The notes under the pieces were generated by a model. It saw only the letters and a program-made list of their open reading frames with translations, did not search any database and had not been told where the DNA came from. The translations under genes were made by a program, and so were the position numbers. Shown here piece by piece: positions 1-7,993 of a stretch of 24,000 bases of DNA (positions are counted from its first letter, which is position 1; each line of letters starts with the position of its first letter). The DNA comes from an uncultured Planctomycetia bacterium (lineage in GTDB: Bacteria; Omnitrophota; Gorgyraeia; Duberdicusellales; 4484-171): NCBI GenBank assembly GCA_964536865.1, contig CAZHYN010000013.1, forward strand, positions 19,100 through 43,099. Direction: 5' to 3'.

Positions 1-3
1 ATA

Positions 4-624
4 ATGATTCTTATGAGTAATTTTTTTCTCGGCCCCTGGAGAGACAGTTCTAACTTTTTGTTAAAAATTCTATGGTTTATGATTCTTCTTGGTATAGCTG
101 TAGGGGCATTTTTATCTTTTAAATTATTCATAACTACTCCTGGAGGAAGACGTTGGTGGGATAATGCTAAATTTAGAATGTATATATTTGGGAAAATCTA
201 TAAAAAAATAACTATGCTTAGGTTTGCTTCAATGCTCAATGTGCTTTATCAGGCAGGACTTCCCATTCTTAATATTCTGGATGTTGTAAAAATCACTATT
301 GGGAACGTGGTGTTAGCTAAAGAGTTGGATAATGTAAAAAGGTTTGTAGCTGATGGTAAAGGAATTTCTGGAGGTCTTTTAGGTAGCAAATTATTTCCCC
401 CACTAGTTTCTTATATGGTCTCTGTAGGAGAAAAGGCAGGGGCATTATCTACTATGCTTGATTCTCTATGTGAGTACTATTCCTTAGAAGTAAGAACTTC
501 TCTAAAAAACTTAACCTCTTTGATTGAGCCTATTATGACTTTAGTTTTAGGGGTAGTGATAGGAGGAATGGCTTTAGCGATATTCCTGCCTATGTGGAAT
601 TTGATTTCTATTATCCGAAGATAA
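4..624 (+). CDS. Type II secretion system F family protein (GspF/PilC), C-terminal part, probably truncated by the window edge
   Basis: Protein has the second T2SSF-like repeat (FASMLNVLYQAGLPILNIL...VGEKAGALSTMLDSLCEYYSLEV...LTSLIEPIMTLVLGVVIGGMALAIFLPMWNL). The ORF abuts the window start. Confidence 0.9.
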   Translation: MILMSNFFLGPWRDSSNFLLKILWFMILLGIAVGAFLSFKLFITTPGGRRWWDNAKFRMYIFGKIYKKITMLRFASMLNVLYQAGLPILNILDVVKITIGNVVLAKELDNVKRFVADGKGISGGLLGSKLFPPLVSYMVSVGEKAGALSTMLDSLCEYYSLEVRTSLKNLTSLIEPIMTLVLGVVIGGMALAIFLPMWNLISIIRR

Positions 625-1434
625 GTGATTTTTGGTTTTTTAATAGGAATAGTTATTCTAATAATTTATATTATTATCTCTTCCTGGTGGTGGAGAAGAA
701 AATTACATTTTTATGTTAAAAAATCTCGAGAAGAGGAAGCTAGACTCATTCATCTAGAGAAAATGGCCTCTTTAGGAACTTTAGCTGCTGGAGTAGCTCA
801 TGAGATTAATAATCCTTTGACCTTTCTTCTTACTAATCTAGGACTCCTTTCTCACTATATAAAAGAGGAGAAGAGAGTCAAAGAAGAGTTACAAAAAGAA
901 ATAAGTGTAATTTTAGATGAGTGTAACGAAGGAGTGAATAGAATAAAGAGGATTGTTCAAGATCTGCTTTCTTTTTCTCACCGCTCACGAGGTAAAAAAG
1001 TTTCTACAAACATCAATGAGTTGCTGGATGTAAGTATAAGAATTCTATGGAATGAGATAAAGTATAAGGTTGATATAGTAAAAAATTATGAAGCAGTAAC
1101 TCCTCTTCGGATAGATCCTAATCAACTAAGTCAAGTATTTTTAAATATAATCATCAACGCTACTCATGCAGTAAAGAATAAAGGGACAATTTTTCTTTCT
1201 ACCCAAGAGAATGAGAAGGAATTTATCATTAAGGTTTCTGATACAGGAGAAGGAATTCCTAAAGAAGTTCTTCCCAAGATTTTTGAACCTTTCTTTACTA
1301 CTAAGGGAGGTACGGGTTTAGGACTCTATGTAAGCAAAAATATTGTGGAGAATATGGGGGGTAGGATAGAAGTAGAAACTCAATTGGGAGAGGGTAGTAC
1401 ATTCACTATTTTTCTGCCTAAAGTTAAAAAATAA
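625..1434 (+). CDS. Membrane-anchored sensor histidine kinase (HisKA + HATPase_c) with no evident sensory domain
   Basis: One N-terminal TM segment. H-box ASLGTLAAGVAHEINNPL, N-box NIIINATHAV, G-boxes DTGEGIP and GGTGLGLYVSKNIV. GTG start directly after the upstream stop. Confidence 0.93.
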   Translation: MIFGFLIGIVILIIYIIISSWWWRRKLHFYVKKSREEEARLIHLEKMASLGTLAAGVAHEINNPLTFLLTNLGLLSHYIKEEKRVKEELQKEISVILDECNEGVNRIKRIVQDLLSFSHRSRGKKVSTNINELLDVSIRILWNEIKYKVDIVKNYEAVTPLRIDPNQLSQVFLNIIINATHAVKNKGTIFLSTQENEKEFIIKVSDTGEGIPKEVLPKIFEPFFTTKGGTGLGLYVSKNIVENMGGRIEVETQLGEGSTFTIFLPKVKK

Positions 1435-1455
1435 TTTCTTTAAGAGAAAAGTGCT

Positions 1456-1809
1456 ATGGGAGTAGAGAAAAGAAAGTATCCTAGGGTTAAGGTTAAGTTT
1501 TCCGTAGAGTATAGGGGGAAGAATGTTTGGCAAAACGCTGAGATTGACAATATCTCCAGAGGGGGGATGTTTATTGTTACGGAGAAGATAGAGCCACCAG
1601 GAACAAATATAGAGCTTATTTTTGAACTAGGAGAAAGTAAGAGGAAGATCCAAGCTCAAGGAGTAGTGGTGTGGACACGTACTCAATCTCAGCACAATCA
1701 TGAAGGTAGGCTTCTCCCTCAGGGTATGGGAGTCCAATTCACCAAAATTTTCCCTGGAGAAGCAGAAAATTTTTTGGCTGATTTAATAGAGAAGTGGAGA
1801 GATGGATAA
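1456..1809 (+). CDS. PilZ domain protein
   Basis: Canonical PilZ motifs: RKYPR (RxxxR) and DNISRGG (D/NxSxxG). Confidence 0.88.
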   Translation: MGVEKRKYPRVKVKFSVEYRGKNVWQNAEIDNISRGGMFIVTEKIEPPGTNIELIFELGESKRKIQAQGVVVWTRTQSQHNHEGRLLPQGMGVQFTKIFPGEAENFLADLIEKWRDG

Positions 1810-2374
1810 ACATACTATTCTCGTTGTAGATGATGAGCCTAATATAGTTTCTTCCCTAAAGAGGGTTCTTGCCTCCGAGGATAGAGAGATTTTATCTGCC
1901 TATAGTGCTGAAGAGGCTTGGAGGCTTCTTCAAGAGAAGGGAGAAGTAGAGGTAATTATTTGTGATAATAAATTACCGGGAGCCTCTGGCGTAGAATTCC
2001 TTTCCAAAGTAAAAACTGCTCATCCCCACACAGTAAGAATTCTTATTACTGGTTATCCTGATTTGACCAGTGTTGCAGAGGCAATAGATAAGGCAGGCAT
2101 CTGGCGGTACCTCTTAAAGCCTGTAGAGATAGAGGAGTTAAAAACTTTAGTAAACCAGGCTTTTGGTTACTATAGGATTTTAAAAGAAAATCAAATTCTT
2201 TTTGATATCGTTTGTCAACAAGCGGAGTGGCTTAAGGTATTAAGAGAAAAGTATCCTGAGATTGTGTCCCGGGAAGTAGAAGAAGGGAAGATAATTGATA
2301 TAGAATGGAGAGAAGCTTCTGACACAGTTAGAAAATTCATAGAAAAGTACTACCTTCACAAAAAAGGAGAATGA
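1802..2374 (+). CDS. Response regulator with N-terminal receiver domain and a helical C-terminus without a recognisable output domain
   Basis: ILVVDDEPN, ICDNKLPGASG, ILITGYPD and LLKP receiver signatures. Overlaps the preceding PilZ gene by 8 nt. Confidence 0.9.
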   Translation: MDKHTILVVDDEPNIVSSLKRVLASEDREILSAYSAEEAWRLLQEKGEVEVIICDNKLPGASGVEFLSKVKTAHPHTVRILITGYPDLTSVAEAIDKAGIWRYLLKPVEIEELKTLVNQAFGYYRILKENQILFDIVCQQAEWLKVLREKYPEIVSREVEEGKIIDIEWREASDTVRKFIEKYYLHKKGE

Positions 2375-3183
2375 AAGAGTTAGAAAAAAGATTGGTAAAA
2401 GAAGGATGGGTTACCTCTGCTCAACTTATAAAAGCTAAGGAAGAGCAGAAGAAAAAAAAGAAGAAATCCTTATTCTCTGTTTTAGTAACTTTGGGATATC
2501 TAAGTGAAGAGGATATTTACCTATTCTTTGCTCAGAGTGCTCAGATACCTTTTGTAAGGCCAGGCGATTATCTTTCAGATGAAGAACTTTTTAATCTTTT
2601 TTCCGAAGACTTCTATCGGGAGCATCTTTTTGTTCCTCTCTTTAGAATAGGAAATACTCTTTACATTGGGACTGCTAATCCCCTGGATACAGAGTTTATG
2701 GATACCTTAAGGAAGCATACTAATTTAGATATCTTTCCTCTATTTGCCTCTCCTTCTTCTATCTTAGAGGCAATAAATCGTGTATTTGGGCCAGAGAAAG
2801 TATACTTACAGTTAGAGGAGTTAGTTAGTTTCTCTCCTTCATTAAGTATACTACCCTTAGGAAGAGAATCTGAAAGGATAGTGATAAATACACCTGTAGA
2901 GTTTAAAGTTATTGACAAGAGGATAACTTTAGCATCTTCTCAATATCTAAAGGGAACTGCTTTGAATATTTCTCAAAGTGGTAAGGGGGTAGGGATAAGG
3001 ACTTTTCTTTTTCTTCCTTCTGGAGCAAAGATTCTTCTAAAGTTTCCTTCATTCGATCCTAATTGTGAATTAGAAGCAGAGATAACCCACTGCAGAATGG
3101 AACAAGGTTATTATTTCTTAGGAGTGAAATTTCTCCAAACAAGAAAAGATTTATTAAGATATTTATTGGAAGAAAAAAAATAA
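2371..3183 (+). CDS. MshEN/GspE N-terminal-like domain fused to a C-terminal PilZ-like domain, no ATPase domain
   Basis: N-terminus KRLVKEGWVTSAQLIKAKEEQ...LGYLSEEDIYLFFAQSAQIPFV resembles MshEN/T2SSE_N. C-terminus TPVEFKVID...GTALNISQSGKGVGIRT...LGVKFL resembles PilZ. Start overlaps the previous stop. Confidence 0.65.
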   Translation: MKELEKRLVKEGWVTSAQLIKAKEEQKKKKKKSLFSVLVTLGYLSEEDIYLFFAQSAQIPFVRPGDYLSDEELFNLFSEDFYREHLFVPLFRIGNTLYIGTANPLDTEFMDTLRKHTNLDIFPLFASPSSILEAINRVFGPEKVYLQLEELVSFSPSLSILPLGRESERIVINTPVEFKVIDKRITLASSQYLKGTALNISQSGKGVGIRTFLFLPSGAKILLKFPSFDPNCELEAEITHCRMEQGYYFLGVKFLQTRKDLLRYLLEEKK

Positions 3184-3225
3184 TTTTCATAACTCTCTGA
3201 TATTAAAGAGATAATGAAAGCGGAG

Positions 3226-3255
3226 TTGACAGAGCAGAATTTTATATGTTATACT
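3226..3255 (+). promoter_or_regulatory. Sigma70-type promoter for the riboswitch/pilin transcript
   Basis: TTGACA (3226-3231), 18-nt spacer, TATACT (3250-3255), ending about 40 nt before the aptamer. Confidence 0.6.
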
Positions 3256-3296
3256 TAAATTGAAGCTCTTTATATTAAGGATTTATACTTTTATTA

Positions 3297-3480
3297 TACT
3301 ACTCGACAAAGGCAAACTCGTGGTAACACGAGGGCGCAAAGCCGTGCGTCCCGCTCTTTCTAAGACCCAGATTAACAGGGGTTTGAAGTTAAAGTGCATA
3401 AGGGATGCAGAGGCAGGTAAACTGCAGGATTTAACTAGAAATATGAAAAGGGCGGGATAGGCAGGTTGCCGAAAGTAGTA
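3297..3480 (+). promoter_or_regulatory. GEMM-I / cyclic-di-GMP-I family riboswitch aptamer with a long insert in one arm
   Basis: AAAGGCAAA-CTCGTG-GTAA-CACGAG-GGCGCAAAGCC closely matches the GEMM-I core (GGCAAAC, GNRA-capped helix, GRCGCAAAGCC). Second arm CCCGCTC (3350-3356) pairs GGGCGGG (3450-3456), followed by GCAGGTTGCC. Outer helix TACTACT (3297-3303) pairs AGTAGTA (3474-3480). Confidence 0.85.
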
Positions 3481-3494
3481 TTTATTTTTTATTT

Positions 3495-3538
3495 AAGCCG
3501 AACTACTTTAGCCTTTAGGAGAGTAGTTCGGCTTTTTT
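3495..3538 (+). terminator. Intrinsic terminator between riboswitch and pilin gene
   Basis: AAGCCGAACTACT (3495-3507) pairs perfectly with AGTAGTTCGGCTT (3522-3534), followed by a T-run. Confidence 0.88.
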
Positions 3539-3612
3539 GTTCTCCGAGAGATAAAAAACTTGACTTACTCTTAAAAAGCTGATATTCTTAATAAAGAAAG
3601 GAGGTGAGTAAG

Positions 3613-3972
3613 ATGCGCAGAGGTTTTACTCTTATTGAATTAATTATGATTATCGTTATCATTGGTATTTTAGCAGCTATTGCTATCCCTAAATTTATTG
3701 ACTTAAGAACTGATGCCCAAAAGGCTTCTTGTTTTGGTAGTGCTGCAGCAATTCAAACTGCTCTTTCTAACTATTATGCCCGCCAGGCTATAAAAGGAAG
3801 CCCTGGTTTTCCTAGCACCTTACATGATACATCCTTTACTAGTGAGTATTTCACTGAAGCTACTCTTCCTGATCATCCCAAAGGATGGGATTGGGATACC
3901 TATTATAGCAGTAATACCGGGGCTCTTCATACTGGTAAAGGGGCAGATAGCGGAGCCTGTACAAACTTTTAA
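3613..3972 (+). CDS. Type IV pilin / pseudopilin-like prepilin
   Basis: Prepilin motif MRRG^FTLIELIMIIVIIGILAAIAIPKF. Strong SD (GGAGGT) upstream. ATG at 3613 is preferred over the supplied GTG start at 3604, which overlaps the SD. Confidence 0.93.
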   Translation: MRRGFTLIELIMIIVIIGILAAIAIPKFIDLRTDAQKASCFGSAAAIQTALSNYYARQAIKGSPGFPSTLHDTSFTSEYFTEATLPDHPKGWDWDTYYSSNTGALHTGKGADSGACTNF

Positions 3973-3995
3973 TAGCTGAGTTCCTAAGACTACAT

Positions 3996-4023
3996 AAACC
4001 CCGCTTTTTTAAAAGCGGGGTTT
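3996..4023. terminator. Bidirectional terminator hairpin between convergent genes
   Basis: AAACCCCGCTTTT-TT-AAAAGCGGGGTTT, 13-bp stem followed by T-rich sequence. It sits between the pilin gene and the convergent minus-strand gene. Confidence 0.75.
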
Positions 4024-5901
4024 ATTATTTTTATCTCTAAGAATAAGCTTACTTAAGGAGAGGGCAGGCCTAAATTGAGGGTTAAGACTAATTGTTTTTT
4101 CTAGCTCCTTTAAAAAGAGTGGATTCTTCAATTTCATATAAACCAATGCCAGAGCATAATGAGAATAATACCAGTCAGGTTTAATTTCTATAGATTTCTG
4201 GTAAAGCTGTTGGGCTTTGTGTAAATCTCCCTTTTTCTCATAAATTTTTCCCCATAGAAAGTAAGAGTAGAATTCAAAAGGGTTTATTTCTATAGCTTTT
4301 TTTATATATCTTTCTGCCATAGTTAGCTTATTTTCCTCTATATAGATTCGTGCTAACGCTTGGTAAGCTCGTTCACTGTAAGGATTTAATTTTAGAGCTT
4401 TGTTTAAATAATAAAGAGCCTTCTCTTTATCGTTCTTTTTTTCGTAAAGAGTGGCTAAGTTAGTATAGATCTGATATACTCTTGCTTGGTTAGGTTCTAG
4501 TTTTAAAGCTTCACTTAAATATTTTATTGCCTCATCATATTTTCCTTCCATGAAGTAAGTACCTGCTAAATTAACATATATTCCCGCCTTCCAATCTATA
4601 TCTTTGGTAGAGATAGTCAGAGCCTTAAAAAATATTTTCCTTGCCTTTTTTAAATACCCCTTCTCTTTATAACTTACCCCTAAATTTAGCCAGTTTCCTA
4701 TATGTTGGGGCTCTTTTTCTGTGCCTTTTCTCCACACTAAGGTAGGATAGTTAAGTTGACAATTTCTTTCCACAGTGAATATAGATAGAATGAAGATTAC
4801 TCCTAATGCAGGATACAAAAAGTATCTTTTGTTTTTTATATAAAAATTTTTAAAAACCTCCATCAGAATTATGTATATACCTATACTGGGAAGATAAAAG
4901 TGGTGTTCCATAGCAGGTACTTTTAAGGTCGCATAAAACTTCGGAAGAAGCATTAAGAGATACCAAAAAACCCCTAAACTTAAAAGATATATTCTTTTTC
5001 TTAAGAGTAGAAGAGTAAATACAAGAATAATTATTCCCATCAAAGGAAAAAAACCTTGAGGTTGAAGAATAGAATTTAGCTGAGGGTAATAATGCAGGAA
5101 ATTAAGATTATCGGGAAATAAAAATAATCTCAGATAGAAAAAGCTTACCCAACTTTGAATAAGAATATTAGAAAGCGGACTCCTTAATCCTCCAGGAGTA
5201 ATTCCCTTAAAGAAGGCTTTTTTGTAAAGAAAATAGAGGAGAGAAATAGTGATGAGAGAAAATAAAAGAAAAATATTCTTCTTCTCTTTAAAAGTGAATT
5301 TAAGACTCCTATATTGATAAAGAAGGTAGTGGCCTCCTATCAAAAGCGGAAAACATAGCCCTGTTTCCTTAGTTAGCAGAGAAAATACATACAGTAAACA
5401 ACTTAAAGCATATCTTTTCTTTAAATAAAGTAAGAATCCCCCCAAAATAAAAAAAGTTACCATCAAATCCGACCTACTAGATATGTAACTGACCGCTTCG
5501 GTATTTATAGGGTGAACTAAAAACAAAAGGATTATAAGAAAGGCTAAGGTTTTGGGGGTATCTTTTTTTAGAGAAGTTAATAAAAAGTAGAGAAGAGTAG
5601 CATTTAAGAAGTGAAGAAGAACATTTATGATGCGGTACCCCACAGGGTTAAGACCTCCACCCCAATAATTAAAAGCAAAACTAAGCATAAGAAGAGGTCT
5701 ACACATTCCTTTGGGGATGGGGTAGCTGGTAACATATCCTTTAAAAAACAGAGGGAAGTATTTTGGATTTTTTATGAAAGTATTTTCTTCTATCATATAG
5801 TAGTCATCGAAGATAAAGGGAGCATTAAGAGCACTGCTATAGGTAAGAAGAGAGATAACTACTAAAGAAAGTATTACAAGATAATCAATTTTACTTTTCA
5901 C
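4009..5901 (-). CDS. Multi-pass GT-C-like membrane protein with C-terminal TPR repeats (TMTC-like / DUF1736-like)
   Basis: FIFDDYYMI near the N-terminus, CRPLLMLSFAFNY, GYRIINVLLHFLNA, HPINTEAVSYISSRSDLMVTFF, many TM segments, then about 7 TPR-like repeats. Confidence 0.75.
   Translation of the reverse strand: MKSKIDYLVILSLVVISLLTYSSALNAPFIFDDYYMIEENTFIKNPKYFPLFFKGYVTSYPIPKGMCRPLLMLSFAFNYWGGGLNPVGYRIINVLLHFLNATLLYFLLTSLKKDTPKTLAFLIILLFLVHPINTEAVSYISSRSDLMVTFFILGGFLLYLKKRYALSCLLYVFSLLTKETGLCFPLLIGGHYLLYQYRSLKFTFKEKKNIFLLFSLITISLLYFLYKKAFFKGITPGGLRSPLSNILIQSWVSFFYLRLFLFPDNLNFLHYYPQLNSILQPQGFFPLMGIIILVFTLLLLRKRIYLLSLGVFWYLLMLLPKFYATLKVPAMEHHFYLPSIGIYIILMEVFKNFYIKNKRYFLYPALGVIFILSIFTVERNCQLNYPTLVWRKGTEKEPQHIGNWLNLGVSYKEKGYLKKARKIFFKALTISTKDIDWKAGIYVNLAGTYFMEGKYDEAIKYLSEALKLEPNQARVYQIYTNLATLYEKKNDKEKALYYLNKALKLNPYSERAYQALARIYIEENKLTMAERYIKKAIEINPFEFYSYFLWGKIYEKKGDLHKAQQLYQKSIEIKPDWYYSHYALALVYMKLKNPLFLKELEKTISLNPQFRPALSLSKLILRDKNNKPRF
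5338..5778. repeat. Copy 1 of a 441-bp direct repeat inside the two TMTC-like paralogs
   Basis: By eye, no mismatch to 7313-7753 at a constant offset of 1975. Both flanks diverge abruptly. Confidence 0.93.
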
Positions 5902-7870
5902 TTTTTCTGAGGTTATCCTCTATTATCTTCAGAAATTCGTTATCTACTCTAAACCCTAAAGATTTAGCAATCAAAGCATACTTTCTTGCCAAATCCCATC
6001 GGGGAGGAATTAAAGAAGCATAAACTACAGCTAAGTCATTATAAGCAGGGGCAAAACTAGGGTCAATGCTAATTACTTTTTTAAATTCGGAGAGTGCTCT
6101 GCCATCTCCTATTCTTGCATAAAGAGTACCTAAATAGTAATGAGAATTCCGATGCTTGGGATTAAAGTATATTGATTTTTTGTACATCTCTATTGCTTTT
6201 TTATAGTTGTTTTTCTCTTGAAAGATTTGTGCTAAACCATAATAGCCTCCATAGTAAGTAGGATTTATCTGAATTGCTTTTTTAAACATTTCTTTTGCTT
6301 TAAAAAGATTTCCTTCCTTAAGGTAAAAGAAGGCTAAGTTACATCCAGCTTCCACAGAGGCAGGGTAGAGCTGTAGTTCTCTAAGCCAGGCTTCCTCAGC
6401 CTTCTTTTTCTTACCCATTTTTGAATAAATGATCCCTAATAAATTATAACTACCCATAGGCGGAATTTTCACTGATTTGGTAGCATCGTTTATTAACTTT
6501 AACGCTTTTTCGTATTTTCTCTGTTTTATGTAGATGTGCGCTAAATTGCCTCTAGCATTAACTATACTCTCTATCCTATCTGCAGTATTTATTGCTTTTA
6601 TAAATTCTTTTTCTGCTTGGAATGTGGCTCCCATCTTTAGATACACCAGTCCTAACTGATTAAGAATGGTTGCTGATTTAGGGTTTCTCTGTGCAGAGAT
6701 TTTCCAGAAAACTAAGGGATTTCTGTATTCATAGCTTCTAATTAGAGTAAAAGATGCCAAGATAGAGATAATTCCTATAACGAAATAGGTAAAGTACTTG
6801 GTATACTTTAGATAGATTCTTCTTAAGATACTTATCAAAACTATATAGATGCCTATACTAGAAAGATAAAAATGGTGCTCCATAGCAGGGAAGCTAAGCC
6901 GGGCATAAAATTTGGGAAGCAAACCTATAAGCAGCCAGCTTAATCCGATACTTATTAAGAAGTTCTTCTTAATAAAGAGGAGAGCTAAGATAATTAAACC
7001 TACTATTCCTAAGGTTGAGAATAATACAGGGAAATGAAAAAGAGAACCAAACTCCGGAAGATAGTGAATGATATTTAAGGAATGAGGGAGAACGAGTAAT
7101 TTAAAGTAAAGAAGAGTTACTACCGACTGAAGAAGAATGTTTTGGTAGTAAGAACGAGGTATCCTTGCAGGAGTGGAGGAAAAGACCTTCGATTTATAGA
7201 TGAGATACAGTAAAGTAATTAAAACTATTCCTATGTAGACAAACTTTCTTTTCCCTATATCTTTTTTAGAAAGAGGATAGTCTTTTATAAAGTAGATAAA
7301 CTCATAGCTTAATATCAAAAGCGGAAAACATAGCCCTGTTTCCTTAGTTAGCAGAGAAAATACATACAGTAAACAACTTAAAGCATATCTTTTCTTTAAA
7401 TAAAGTAAGAATCCCCCCAAAATAAAAAAAGTTACCATCAAATCCGACCTACTAGATATGTAACTGACCGCTTCGGTATTTATAGGGTGAACTAAAAACA
7501 AAAGGATTATAAGAAAGGCTAAGGTTTTGGGGGTATCTTTTTTTAGAGAAGTTAATAAAAAGTAGAGAAGAGTAGCATTTAAGAAGTGAAGAAGAACATT
7601 TATGATGCGGTACCCCACAGGGTTAAGACCTCCACCCCAATAATTAAAAGCAAAACTAAGCATAAGAAGAGGTCTACACATTCCTTTGGGGATGGGGTAG
7701 CTGGTAACATATCCTTTAAAAAACAGAGGGAAGTATTTTGGATTTTTTATGAAGGTGTTATTTACAATCATATGGTTGTCATCAAATAGGAAAGATCCAT
7801 TTAAGGAAGGTAGGTATATAAGAAAAGATAGACTTGCAAAAATAATTATAAAGATTTTCTCTATTTTCAT
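5891..7870 (-). CDS. Multi-pass GT-C-like membrane protein with C-terminal TPR repeats, paralog of 4009..5901
   Basis: Same domain plan (FLFDDNHMI, HPINTEAVSYISSRSDLM, AMEHHFYLSSIGIY, TPR repeats). It precedes the other copy on the minus strand and the two overlap by 11 nt. Confidence 0.75.
   Translation of the reverse strand: MKIEKIFIIIFASLSFLIYLPSLNGSFLFDDNHMIVNNTFIKNPKYFPLFFKGYVTSYPIPKGMCRPLLMLSFAFNYWGGGLNPVGYRIINVLLHFLNATLLYFLLTSLKKDTPKTLAFLIILLFLVHPINTEAVSYISSRSDLMVTFFILGGFLLYLKKRYALSCLLYVFSLLTKETGLCFPLLILSYEFIYFIKDYPLSKKDIGKRKFVYIGIVLITLLYLIYKSKVFSSTPARIPRSYYQNILLQSVVTLLYFKLLVLPHSLNIIHYLPEFGSLFHFPVLFSTLGIVGLIILALLFIKKNFLISIGLSWLLIGLLPKFYARLSFPAMEHHFYLSSIGIYIVLISILRRIYLKYTKYFTYFVIGIISILASFTLIRSYEYRNPLVFWKISAQRNPKSATILNQLGLVYLKMGATFQAEKEFIKAINTADRIESIVNARGNLAHIYIKQRKYEKALKLINDATKSVKIPPMGSYNLLGIIYSKMGKKKKAEEAWLRELQLYPASVEAGCNLAFFYLKEGNLFKAKEMFKKAIQINPTYYGGYYGLAQIFQEKNNYKKAIEMYKKSIYFNPKHRNSHYYLGTLYARIGDGRALSEFKKVISIDPSFAPAYNDLAVVYASLIPPRWDLARKYALIAKSLGFRVDNEFLKIIEDNLRKSEK
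7313..7753. repeat. Copy 2 of the 441-bp direct repeat
   Basis: No mismatch seen to 5338-5778. Confidence 0.93.
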
Positions 7871-7993
7871 AAACTTACTTTAAAATTATATCATATACTT
7901 TCTGTAATTTATAATAAAATCAGAGAAAGAAGATACCGAATAGAGAAGAATAAAATACTTGTCAAAATTTAAAAAGATTTTATTATAAAATTG

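Noticed and set aside
1318-1533. Other small antisense ORFs (1318, 2661, 11184, 12304, 14729, 21336, 22176, 22662)
   Set aside because: All lie mostly or wholly antisense to well-supported coding sequences and show no recognisable domains.
3260-3460. 66-aa plus-strand ORF
   Set aside because: It overlaps the riboswitch aptamer and its insert, and the encoded protein looks non-coding. RNA structure explains the sequence better.
3297-3480. Assignment of the aptamer to the cGAMP-selective GEMM-Ib subclass
   Set aside because: The base aligned by hand to Vc2 position 20 is G, not A. The hand alignment is fallible, so ligand identity still needs testing.
5611-5865. Plus-strand ORFs 5611..5865 and 7586..7789 encoding nearly the same peptide
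   Set aside because: They are antisense readings of the 441-bp repeat shared by the two minus-strand genes. Their similarity is a by-product of the repeat.
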